A DNA stretch of 64,000 nt from Vairimorpha necatrix (Eukaryota): assembly GCA_036630325.1 (NCBI GenBank), contig CP142732.1:372001-436000 (forward strand), written 5' to 3'. Position numbers and translations under genes: made by a program. Below, one piece after another: positions 12,305 to 25,000 of the stretch. The notes beneath the pieces were generated by a model. That model was not told the origin of the DNA. It worked only from the letters and a program-made list of their open reading frames with translations, and ran no database searches. Numbering within the stretch: position 1 is the first letter of the stretch; every line of letters starts with the position of its first letter.

Positions 12305-14724
12305 GAAATCTTCTTATGATTTTTGAGTGGGAGGCCCAAATACTTATTACACAAATAGAAAAATATATAAACGTAATATGAAGTTAACTAAAAGGGCAAT
12401 TGAAAAAAATGACGGAGGAAACTACACTTTTTAAATTACTAGAAGCTAGACAAAAGTTAAATGAATCAATGAGTGAATAAATGGCGAGAATTATAACGAT
12501 TGCTAATGATTTGAGTATGAGGAAGAGATCGCCAATTAAAAAATTTTAAGGTCATTTTTAACTATAGAAGGATTTATAACATTTAGAGGCTACTTTTCGA
12601 ACCAGTCTCTATACAAGGATTACTTATATAAGATAGAATTATTAAGGAGGAGAGAATACATAATGAAAAAAAGAAAATTATAAAAATCCAAAATTCCATA
12701 GGTTTAGCATTAAGCAGAAAAGAATTAACAAATATCTTCTGGAAGAAGAACTAAAAATGTATTCAAAAAAAATTTAAAAAAAATTTTCCATCACCACTAG
12801 GAGAAGTCAAGACAACGAAAGTATGTATTGCATGCGATAAAATTAATGCAGTAGTAGATATAGGAAGTAATTATAATTTTTGTAGTAGGAATCTGGTAGA
12901 AGAAAAGAGATTTCTTTACAACAAAATAAAAGTGAATACTGTAACTAATATTTTTGGAAAAGAAAACATTTTAACGGAATACGTAGAAATAACTGCAACT
13001 TATATAACATCCAAATACGACCAACTTCAACATTATGACCAATAATTAGTTCCTCTTTTGATTAATAACCCATTTATTGTAAATGTAAAAAAATTAAAAC
13101 ATGAGATAGGTGAACTTTGGAAGAATGTTGAAAAGTCTTTAATATGAACCATCAGAAGGTTCTAATAAAATAATAACCACAATAAATACAAAAGAAGGGA
13201 CCTAAGTCAATATTAAAAAAAGAAATATGCCAAATTTGACATAGAAGGTAACTAAAAACCAATTACAAAGCTACTAAATTCAGGTTATATAAAAAGACGA
13301 CCTGGCCATGATGCAATCATGCCCCCAGTAAAAACCCCCGATGAAAATATAGAATATCTGTTACAACAGATGGTTAAATAAAATCGTAGAGGACAATAAT
13401 TACTCGATCCCAAAATAAATGAAATTATCGATATGACACAGAGCAAAATGATTTTCACAGTATTTAACTTAACGGATAAATTTTTCCAAATTAAAATTGA
13501 TCCTAAGGATAAATTTAAAACATCCCTTTATTTAAGAACAATTTGTATCAAAGTACTAAAATGCCATAAGGTTTTAAGAATTTACCTGCAATTTTTCATA
13601 AGATAATGGACAACATCTTATGCGATATCATGAAAACTAAATAAAATGCCTATATAGACGACATAATTGTATATGGCGATTCCGAAAAAGAGTTGATCAG
13701 AGCTTTTTAGAAGTTCTACAATAAGTTATAGGAAAAAAATGCATTATAAATGTACAAAAGTAAACTTTTGCCATCTAAGATCAACGAGTCAACTCAAAGA
13801 CCAAAAAGAGAACATCAGAGAAAGATTTTAGATTTTAAAGTACCAAAAATAAGAAACCCCTACAAAAAAAACTAGGATTTGCTAATTACTATACAAAATA
13901 TATCGCACGGCTAGCAACAATTTCGCAACCATTATATGATGCACTTGATGGCCTTTAAAACAAAGATTAATTTTAATGGAATGAAGAATGTGAGACGCAT
14001 TTTGCAACATAAAACTATAGATAAATTTTGTCATAGCAACAAACGTAACAGACTTTACAAAACTTATTGTTCTTACAATAATTACTTCTAATAACGGAAT
14101 CAAGTGCGGCCTTCAAGAATTAAAAGTTGGTGAACTTTTGACTATTGATTGGGGATCTAAAAAACTGCCTGAAGCGAATAAAATACTTCTTAACTATGAA
14201 AAATATCTAGCAATGGCTTGGGGAATATAGCATTATAAACTAAATCCTCGGACTTGGTTTTAAACTAATAATCAAATACACTGCCCACACATTTCCTAAA
14301 CTAAACATATATTTTATAATATGAAATTAGAACATAGGGTAAAAACTTTAAAGCTTTAGTTCCCCGATACACTCAAGAAAGGCACAAAAATCATTGAGGC
14401 CGATGTATTAAATAGAACTTATAAACCGTCAAACCGAAATTACGATTTTAAGTGCCCAAAAGATGAGCTCATCGATTCTAAAGGTACACAGTATTATTAA
14501 GTAAATAACACAAAAACAAAGAACTTATCGCCAGTCGAAGATAGGCCAGCGCTTCCTGAGGATGCATATAAAAAGCTTACAAACTATGGTGGAAGAGATA
14601 CAATGCTTCATGCTATAAAAAGAAACTATCAATGGCCCAAATAAAACGAATCAATTGTTCAATATCTTAAACGTCGTAAACCTTGTCAATGTAATCAACA
14701 AAAGACACAAGGTGAAGAAAAATT

Positions 14725-15300
14725 GGTACATTACCGTTTGGAACCCGCATTGAAATTTTGAAAAGACCCTTTATACAAAAAAAACCAAAATTTGAAAAAC
14801 AGATGAGTTTTTTATATGGAAATAAATTAAAGTTCATTTAAAAAAATTGAATAATGCATAAATGACGGTTGCCTTACTTGTTTTGTTTGCTGTATAAATG
14901 CGGCCTTTCTCCTTGAGGTAATGCAATATAATATATCATCATGTTCTATTGTGGTTACTAATCAATGGAGAACATATGTTGCTGTACAGATAAATCGCGC
15001 TGATAAACACAGGACTATGAACCACTTCGTCAATTTCGTTTACTTATACGATCCCGAGACACAATACCAAACAATAAAGAATTTGTTTTCGTTTCAAGAG
15101 ATATATTTAGTTAGAATGGAATTAATAGGACAACACTCTGAGTACCTTTTATAGTTCCTTTGTTTTATAAAATACCCTAAACCGATGTATAAATAATCAT
15201 CATTTTTTTGATTTAAAATAAATTTTAAAGTCTCTTTATATATTTTTTTTTATATTTACATTTTTAAATTTAAAATGCAGGTTTCAGACGGTCATGTACC
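14725..15300 (+). mobile_element. Internally deleted Merlin-type element of a second family
   Basis: Imperfect ~27-bp TIRs (GGTACATTACCGTTTGGAACCCGCATT vs GGTACATGACCGTCTGAAACCTGCATT). ORF remnant VTNQWRTY..HRTMNHFVNFV..QTIKNL matches Merlin motifs. No TSD is recognisable. Confidence 0.7.
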
Positions 15301-15826
15301 GATTAAAATATATTTAGAGATTCTACAATGTTGGATTTTAATATCGAATCAATATTTGATTTTGTAATGTCTTTTTTATTTAATTTAATTTAAATTCTAA
15401 CTCGTATAATTATATGTACACAGATCTATAGCTATCATTTCTTTGTTTTAATTCTTTTAAAAAATTAAAAAATAATGCGAAATAAACAATAAACATTCAT
15501 TGTGTGTTGTATGATAAAAATAACATACATATAGTTACAACAATGGAGATTCATCAGGAATTTATTCTTAAAATATCATAGACGTACAGAACTCAATAAT
15601 TAACTAAAATATGGGTTGTCAACTAGCACAATAATTTCTTTAAATAGAATTAAGGATAAATACCGACAATATCAACTTGGTAGTGGGAATCGTTTTTCAT
15701 AACATCACTTATTTTACTTTTGTTATCATGTTTAAAAACATGACTTGTCATATTTGTCCTGTTATATTTATATCTACATTATAATCTTTTGTATTAATAA
15801 ATCTGTTTCATTGTTTATGTTTGTGT

Positions 15827-15945
15827 GCGATATTGTTTAAGTTCCATTGTAAAATTGTTTAAGTTTGTTTGCAATATTGTTTGAGTTTGTTTGTAATATT
15901 TTAAAATTGTTTGAGTTTATATGTAAAATTGTTTAAGTTTGTTGA
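15827..15945. repeat. Degenerate ~22-bp tandem repeat (core ATTGTTT[A/G]AGTT), about 5 units
   Basis: Read directly, just upstream of the EnP1-like gene. Confidence 0.7.
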
Positions 15946-16005
15946 TAAAAAGTTATTTAAACAAACAAATAAAACTATAAATAAAGAAAAAAATTTAACC
16001 CCAAT

Positions 16006-17403
16006 ATGTTTTTCATGAACTTGCTCATTGTTTTTATTAAAACAATAAGACCATTTACTGCTGTCATTGCAGAAGGAACATGCGAACAAATACCCGAAGA
16101 TATTTGTAAGGCTGTAGGTAGACGAGGGGTTGTAGCTAATTCTACAAATATCAATGCCATGGTAAACTTATTGAATAAAATGAACATTGAAAAGGCCTAT
16201 GTATTTGGGTGGGAAGATTGCCCCGAGACCATGGTATTGTATTCTAATGGAGCTCTTGTCCCATACATCAAAGACAGAATCAGTAGTAAATACGCAATGT
16301 GCATAGGAGATTGTCCATGTAGACCTAAAATACTAGGTGAATCTACTAAAGAATGTTGTGCTATTAAGGAAGAGAGACCTAAATCATGTTGCGGAGCAAA
16401 GAATGTAGAATCCAAGACCTGTTGTAGTACAGATAAAAGGGCCGAAAGTCTATGCTCGTGCAATCAGATGCTAGTCAACAAATCTGGTTTTACAATGAAA
16501 AGCCAACCTCACGTGTCGTGTTGTAATACGCAAGAAACAACATCATTCTGTAACATTAAAGATCATGAAGGTAAAATGACAGAATCCAAAAAGTGTTTTC
16601 TAACTCAAGAATCAGCGCCCCGTCAATTTGAAAGATATAAAGGTTCATGTTGTTACATTGACAAGAGATCGTGCTGTAAACAGAAACGACCGAGAGCTTG
16701 CAGTAATGATCGTAAAAATAATTGTAGATGTCATTTAAATAAAAGACCGTGCTGCAGTTATGATTATAAACAGCATTGTTTTAAAACAAAGAGATGTTGT
16801 ATTGATAAAAACTCATACAATGATAATAATCATAAGCGACGCCTTTGTAATAATGAACACTACGAAGAATCTCATGGATCAAGACAAGAAAGCGAGTCTT
16901 CTTCAGACATTTATATTCAGAGCTCGGAAGAATATTGTGACGTGAAAATAGATAATTGCTTAGTACCTCCTACTATCGAACATAATGAATATTTTCAAGA
17001 ATTTTTTTATGCCGATGAAGAAAGAAAAAATAAAACGATGACAATAAAATCAAAATCTTTTGAATTTAAGACAGTCGAAGATGGAAATATTTCTTTAGCA
17101 GAAAATGAACACACATATCAACACACAAAAAAAGAAATAGTCATTGACAAATGTGATGGTAAACTGTTGAAAATTCCTAGAAAATTATATGATCCATTCC
17201 TACTCTATCAAATTACTAGTAAACTAAGTTCCAAGCATTGTATGCCCGTGTGTCTATATATCACTGACGATGATTTATTATTTGTGATGATAAATCATAA
17301 GATGTATCACGTAGACATAACAGGTAGAAAGTTAGTACTCGAAGAAGTATGTAATAAAGTTAGGGAAATGCTACAATTACATCTCATAAGATTTAGAAAT
17401 TAA
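16006..17403 (+). CDS. Cysteine-rich spore wall/endospore protein, EnP1-like
   Basis: Hydrophobic N-terminus. The N-domain MNIEKAYVFGW..MVLYSNGALVPY..KYAMCIGDCPC and C-domain VCLYI..LFV resemble microsporidian EnP1 as recalled. CCCC upstream of the ATG. Confidence 0.75.
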   Translation: MFFMNLLIVFIKTIRPFTAVIAEGTCEQIPEDICKAVGRRGVVANSTNINAMVNLLNKMNIEKAYVFGWEDCPETMVLYSNGALVPYIKDRISSKYAMCIGDCPCRPKILGESTKECCAIKEERPKSCCGAKNVESKTCCSTDKRAESLCSCNQMLVNKSGFTMKSQPHVSCCNTQETTSFCNIKDHEGKMTESKKCFLTQESAPRQFERYKGSCCYIDKRSCCKQKRPRACSNDRKNNCRCHLNKRPCCSYDYKQHCFKTKRCCIDKNSYNDNNHKRRLCNNEHYEESHGSRQESESSSDIYIQSSEEYCDVKIDNCLVPPTIEHNEYFQEFFYADEERKNKTMTIKSKSFEFKTVEDGNISLAENEHTYQHTKKEIVIDKCDGKLLKIPRKLYDPFLLYQITSKLSSKHCMPVCLYITDDDLLFVMINHKMYHVDITGRKLVLEEVCNKVREMLQLHLIRFRN

Positions 17404-20286
17404 ATAAATACTAAGTGTAACATATTGCTCAATACACAAAAAACACTTTTCTTTAACACTTCTTTTTTTTTCTAATATATTACTATTAAAGTAATGACTT
17501 TAAAGTTTGAATTTGAATCTTATAATAATGGGTCTTTGTAAAGAACTCATGTCGTTTACAAGCGTGAAATATGCATTATTTATTTTTTATGAAAATTATA
17601 TTAATAGAGTTTATTTCTAATTGATATTAACTCGAACAAATATAATAATACTAATCTACACAAAAACTCTTTTAGATTATTTTAAACTAAAATTTATCTT
17701 AATCATCATTATTTTTTTTCTTGGCTTATATACTTATATAATCATTCTTTTGTTGTAAAAGGTCTCCGTATTATTAGACGTGAAATTTTATGAGTTATGG
17801 AAGATATAGAAATGATATATTTATTTCAAATCATCAAAATGTATTTTGTTATTGACGATTCATTATATACAGTAATATAGCAAAGAAATTTTTAGTTATA
17901 ATTCGCATTGAATGGGTCCTGCGATATATTTATTGATATATTTTGTAGAGACCAGGGCATAATCATATCATGAGACTTAAAAGCATCGGCATTAGAGTAT
18001 AGTTTTTTTGTACTTACAAATTGGGATATGATACATTTTGATTTATTCCACCTTTAGATCATTTTTACTATAAGTCGGTTCTTTAGCGGATTAACAAACT
18101 CTGATTAAACTTTCTATTTTTATACAAACCCATTTTTGTGGCTATAAAGTCAATGATGGCATTATATTTTTTATATATCTACTTCTACTATATTACACCA
18201 ATAATGTTAAATGGATTTTATTTTTTTCGTGTTTTAAACACACCAATTTTATAACTTCATACTTATTGTGTCATTAAGATTTAATCTAGTTGAGATTCTC
18301 AAACTGATTTTTCGAAGAGCATTTATTATATTAATTACATCTTTATTCGAATTATGTTTTTGTAAAACTTTAATCCAATATATCATAAAGACATTTTTTA
18401 GAATTTTTTTAACATTTCCACAAAAAAAAACGAAAACATATTACTCATAAAAATGTGCATAATAAATATAAAAAAATTGAACCTAAAACATTTAGAAGAT
18501 ACCCCATTATTGTTTTTAGGTTGGTGTGATTCAATTTTCTATTTAAGTTTTGCTTAGATGTAATTTCTACTTTTTTAGAAACCATGATCTTTCCTTTTTA
18601 AATTCACCAGCACAGGTAGAAGTCCAAATAAAAAAACAACGAAGAACGAATCAAGTTGATAGCGTTATAATAAAAAGAATGCATGCGCTAGTGTGAAATT
18701 AAAATATTTAAAAAACCCTAATCAAAATTAAAACAATAATACTATTATAAATTAATATGAAAGTAACAAATTAAAAATTCATCCAGGAAATTTCAAATTT
18801 TTTAAAAGGATGCAAAGGTCTTATTGAAGATGATGAAAGTCGAGTTGTACAAAGGGAATTAAATTACTAGTAACGGTATTGTCTTACACGATTATTAATT
18901 TTATATGATGAATAATGACTACTTAATTTAAAAAGAACTATATAGTATGAGAAAATGCGGAAATGTTTTATATACATGGATATTGGAAGTCCAAAATAAT
19001 GTGTTTATGTTTGTCTGAACTATACATTGTACTGTCCATGTTTCTAAAACAAAAATTTTAAAAATAATCGAATCGGCTCTGTATGTCTAAAAAAATTTAG
19101 ATAAAAAAGATATTGCTGTAATTTCTATTTCGGAAAGATTTTTAACCCAAACCATATGAATCTGAACTCAAATAGTAAGTTTAAACATCCTATTGAAAGT
19201 CTGAAACAAAAAAGGCGTCTAGATAAACAACAATGTACATTCTGCTTATTGATTCCCTTTTCTTCGTATTTCAATGTATTGATATGTTACTTCAAAGCTA
19301 AATATCCATAATATAATTATTGCCGGTAAATAAATAATCTAGAAAAAATTTATAATTTATATAATAAAAATCCATAATTTTAATTCTACTATAATGTAAC
19401 ATATTGACGTATAAATTAAGAAGAGCACGAAGTTTACACATTTTATATGGCGTATAATAATTGCGCATAAAATGAAATTAATTATAGTTCAAAATTAAGT
19501 ATTAGATTATTTTACGATAGTAAAGACCTAAAAACATTTTATATAGGTTTTAATTTAAATGAAAAATAGAATCAGATTCTAATAGTGTTTTATTAGAAAT
19601 TAAAAACCAGTTGTAAGATCTTATCTCATACATTGCAACAAAAAGAAAAATGATACAATGATTTAATTAAATATTGAAACCATATATAGTTGTCATTGTT
19701 CATGGTAAAAATAAATAAAGCTTATAGAAAACGTTGACCTGTAAAATACATAATATGTTATAGTTAAAACAGCCACAGTATATATGCAATTAGGCTAGAG
19801 CTATAAGACTGTACTGAGTCATTATACAGACAAAATTACTCTAAATGAATTTGGAACGTAGACAGAAATTATATATCAAAGTACGGAAATGGAAATAATC
19901 CATTGAAGCTCGATTCTAGATTTTTGGGGGACCGCTTCGCAAAAAAATCTAAAACCATGAGACTTTTCTCAATTGTTTATTTTTTTTTTCACTGATCTAA
20001 TGCAAAAATTATTTTCATATTTTTAATTTCGTTTCGGAATTTATTTATTCTATATTTATACGACTGTTTTTAATAAAAAATTTTTTTATTAAGTCAAAAG
20101 TCTATTTTCTAAAAAAAATTATTGTTTTCTATTTTTAGACATAAAAATGCATTTTGTTAATATTTTTAGAATTTTTTGTTAAAGATAATATATCCTGAGA
20201 GACACAAAGACGTTTGACAAATTCAGAAACATAGTCTTAACAAGTTTTAATTGAAGTTTTCACTAAACGAGGATTACTTGTAATAT

Positions 20287-22065
20287 TGTCACCGTTCGGA
20301 GCGAACGCCAGGGAAAATGCTTACTTGAGAAGGGTAAAAAATTAAAAAAAAAAATACCCGTTCGGAGCGGATGCAAGGGAAAATGCTTACTTAAGAAGGG
20401 TAAAAAATTAAAAAAAATAGTGTTTATTTGTAATTTGTATTTAAAATTTCTTTAATTTTAAGGGCATGAAAATAAAATTGAATAACAATGAAAGACAAGA
20501 AGGTTTTGTCTTTTTATAGACTGGTATTGTTTCAACAAGATTGGTAGAAAAACAAGAACGAGATGCTTTCAGGAAAAAGACACAAAAATTTATCCTTTTT
20601 GAGGATATAATTGACGGTATCACAGAGCTCACGGGGAGATTTAAAGTAGGTCTATATAGATCATTAAGATTCTTTACCACCAACGAGCAACGATTCAAAA
20701 TCGATTATATAAAATTGATTCATGTCTCAAATGGGCATGCGGGACGGGACAGATTGTTTCCATTATTGCAAACAAAAGTCTACGACGCAACACAAAAAGA
20801 TATTCAGAGGGTCTTGAATAGCTGTGATATATGTCAATCAAAGAGAAATCTAGTAACTGGACCAGTTATCAGACCAATTGTAGCAAAGTATTTAAGGGAA
20901 AGATATGTTGCAGACTTTATTGATCTCCGGCTATATCACGAACTCAATGAAGGATATAAATGGTTATTGAATATTTTAGATTCTTTACCAAATTTTGCTG
21001 GACGGTACCACTATATGACAAATCAAGTATTAGTGTAGGGAATGCTTTTGAAACATTGTTTAGGACGTTTGGTTCTTGTTATATACTACATACTGATAAC
21101 GGCAGAGAATTTGTAAATCAAACACTCGTCGATTTATGTCAGAAATATGAAATAAGACATGTAAGGGGAGAACTGGATGTCCATGGATACAAGGACAGAT
21201 AGAACGATGCAATCAAGCAATAAAGTGGATGATTGCATCTACTCTCAGGACAAAAAATATTTTGTGGGCAACGGACCAAGGTACGAGCGAGTTACCTGGT
21301 CATAAATAATTTAAGATACTCTACTACGAGACGAAACCATTCCATTTAATGTTTGGTAGACCCATTAGGGACATAATGGACGAGTCTAGAATCACGGGCA
21401 TTCTAGAATCGATTAATAGCGAAAATCACGAATAAGAGTGTGAGGACGAAGAACGCGCCGAAGAAATTCTATCAAATGTTCATGATTGCAATACCAATGA
21501 AGAAATACAGCAACTATATGCTCTTAATAGCACAATTCGTTTTTAAATCAAATTTATCATGATGCAGATAGAATTCATACACATACTGCTGCAGATAGAA
21601 TGGTACATAGAAGAATGTGGAGAAATGATTTCTTAGAATTTAAAATTGTAGATAAAGTTTTATAAGACCTTACATTAACAACAACGTCAATACCAGAAGA
21701 CATTCTCTTTATGAACATTTAGATGCCGAGGTCTATATTGTAACAGACATAATACAATTTAATAAAGTAAAATTATGCAAAGAAGATGATAATGATATTA
21801 TAATAGAAGAAATAAGTACTAGAGATCTAAGGTTGCTTGGTAATGAATAAAGTACTAAAAATTTTGTTTATTTTATTTTTCTCCTTTTCTTCAATATCCC
21901 TCCCATTATTAAAAAAAAAGCAAAAATTTACCCGTAAAAAAATCGAGACAAAACTTTGTTTATCATTTAAGACGAACATTTATTTGTTCTTATTTTTTGG
22001 TTCGATCCTCACTGAAGAGATTTTTTTTAATTTTTTACCCCTTGCGTCCGCTCCGAACTGTGACA
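20287..22065 (+). mobile_element. Ginger-like DNA transposon with retroviral-type integrase (pseudogenised)
   Basis: TIRs TGTCAC[C/A]GTTCGGAGCG[A/G]ACGC; TSD AATAT (20282-20286, 22066-22070). Broken ORF from 20466 with HVSNGH..CDIC zinc finger, ADFIDL and ILHTDNGREF. No RT and no LTR. Subterminal ~66-bp unit duplicated at the left end. Confidence 0.85.
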
Positions 22066-22073
22066 AATATTAT

Positions 22074-25000
22074 TGGCATAGTTACTTACGCTTTAACCGA
22101 GCATTTATAATGCTTGAATATTTCTTTATCATCATATATATAAAAGAATTTTTATTTAATTTTTTACCCCTCTTTTTTGTGGTTTTGAAATTTTTAAACT
22201 ATATATATTAGGCTTTCTATGTTATTTAAATATCAAATATAGATTTAAGGCGATAATTTAACTATTCTAAGTGTGTATGTTATTAGTTAATACTTTTTAA
22301 TTTTAATTATTATTTTTGTTAAACTCGGTTCCAAAATATCGTCAGAATCGTTTTTTAGAATTTATTTGACCCTTCCACGAAAAATTGTAAAAACATTTGA
22401 CCAACTATAATTTTGAATAAAAGTGTTAAAAATTGAGCTTTAGGAGTTTTCAAAATTATCTCATTGAGATTATTAAATGTTTTAAAACAACATAACTTCT
22501 TATATGTGTGTAAAAGGTATTTTTAAAAATCATGTTTTCTCCTTTTTAAAATTCATTATCCTTAAATGGAAACTTAACGAAAATTACTGATTAGGGACAT
22601 ATTGAAAAACTAAACATTTATATCCCGTTTTCAAAACGGGAAAGCATACGCTAGTCATATATATAAAAGAATTTTATTTAATTTTTTACCCCTCTTTTTT
22701 GTTGTTTTAAAAATTCTAAACTATGTATTTTGATCTTATTAAGTTATAAAAATAGTTTTTTTAGATTTAATGTTTCAATTTGATAATTGTAGATGCGTAT
22801 ACTATATGTTAATACTTTTTTGTTTTTTATAAATTTTTTGTAAAACTCAGTTCCAAAATATCGTCAGAATCGTTTTTTAGAATTTATTTAACCCTTCTAC
22901 AGAAAATTGCAAAATATCTGACAAATAAAGATTTTGAATGTAAGTATCAAAAATTGAGCTTTAAGAATTCTCAAAATTATCGTAATGAGATTCATATGTG
23001 TTTTTAACTTACTTTTACGCTTTAGATGTTACTTAAAAGTGTATTTTAAAAAGTCAAAAATATACTTTTCAAATTCCTTCTTCGCGAAATGGAAATTCAA
23101 AAAAAAAGATAAAAGAGGTACTTATTTTAAAGCAAAATTTAAATATCCCGTTTTCAAAACGGGAAAGCATACGCTAGTATTTTTATAATATTTTAACCCC
23201 ATCTTATGGAAGAAGGAAGCCAAATAAAACATTTCACTAACATGGCGACAATGACCAACGGTATAACAAATTTTCATGGTAACACAGACGAAGATATAGT
23301 TGTATGGCTAAGAGATCTTAGACTCATCACTAAATTAGCAGGTTTAGGTGATGAAGATTTGGTGCAACTTATAGTTATGAGCTGCGAGGAATAGCCCTTT
23401 CTTGTGCTTTGAATTAATGGAAAGCCGGCAATGGAAAATAAGCGGCGATGAATTTACAACCCTTCTTAAGAAACGTTTTGTCAAGTATAATGACACGGAA
23501 TTTACACTATCAAAATTCCTTACTTCTCCTATGCCCTCATCAAGAGAGGAATTCTCAGAACTATTCAAGACTGGAACTTTTATTTTAAACAAAAATTTTA
23601 TGAATGTATGAGCATTAATGCAGATACTCATTAGCAAGTGCCCAGATACGATTAAAGCCACTCTTTTTGAAACATCCGAAAAGGCAAGAGACTGGCAACA
23701 TTTCTGCCAAAGAGCAGAAAGACTATCATGGATAGCGTACTCAGATAATTTACTGAACAGAGTTTCAACCACCTCCAAGAAAACGAACTTATAAACAACA
23801 AATAAATATAAAAGGTTCCAAAAACGAACGATATTTTGCAAGATTCATGGGACGGGGAATCATGACACAGAATTCTGTTTCACATTAAAAAATTAAAGAA
23901 TATGGGTTGGATTGAACCACTAAATAAGGAAAGAGTTAACGTTTTGAAAGAAGACGAGCAAGAACTGGACCAAGATGATTCAATCTTAAAAATAAATCTG
24001 ATTTTATTTGTTCAGTGAATTCATTAAGTCATGTATCAAACAAATTCTTTATATATGCGCAAATTGACAAAAAAAGAAGATTATGTATCATAGATACTGG
24101 AGCCGATGTCTCGATAATACATCGGGATATAGTTAGGCCTAATATAAAAGAATACATACATCAGAATACGATACGATCGGCTTGTGGAACAGATACGAAA
24201 TTGAAAGCAAAGTTAAAAAACATTAAAATGGAAATCTTAGGATCCGAAATATACTTCTCTCCTCTTGTTACTGAAACAGAACCAAGATACATTATAGATG
24301 GGGCAGATGTGATAACGCAGCACCCAGGAATTTTAATTAAAGTACTAACAAACAAAAAACCCGTGTCGAAAAGAATTATAGAAAAGTTCCTAACTATTAA
24401 TCAGGTAGAAGAAAACGAATTTTCAAAAAGCCAGGAAGAAATTTCGAAAAGATATCCTTTCTATTTAAAGAAGAAATTATTACAGAACAGACTTGTCAAG
24501 AAGGTAGACATATTATAGATGTTGGGGACAGTGAACCGATATACTGTAAATCATCACGAATTTCAATACACTATAATAAGGCAATTGACTCTGAAATAAA
24601 TAAAAATCTTAAATTGGGCATTATCACTCAAAGTAAAAGTTTGTGGAACAGCAGAATAGTGCCAGTAACAAAATCTGATGGCACCTTGCGCATGTGTATA
24701 GACTACAGACCACTAAACAAGATCACTATAAAAGATAAATATCCTATGGCCAGGATAGACGAAATTCTTGATAAACTTAATAAGTCAAGTATATTTACAT
24801 CATTAGATGCTACATCGGGATACTATCAATTAGAAGTCGATGAAAAGGATAGAGAAAAAACTGCATTTTCATAGAAAATAGGCCATTATGAATTCGTAAG
24901 AATGCCAATCGGACTTTGCAATGCTCCAGCAACTTTCTAAAAAACTATGGATAGAATAGTGAGAGAGTATTTGGGTGAATTTGTTATTACGTATTTAGAT

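Larger units (their letters stand above)
10808..14724 (+). mobile_element. Old, highly decayed Ty3/gypsy remnant interrupted by a Merlin element
   Basis: CA|TGGCAC LTR/PBS-like junction at 10808. Residual protease (VVDIGS ~12850), RT (FFQIKI, YIDDIIVY ~13650) and RNase H/integrase fragments with many stops. Boundaries uncertain. Confidence 0.65.
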
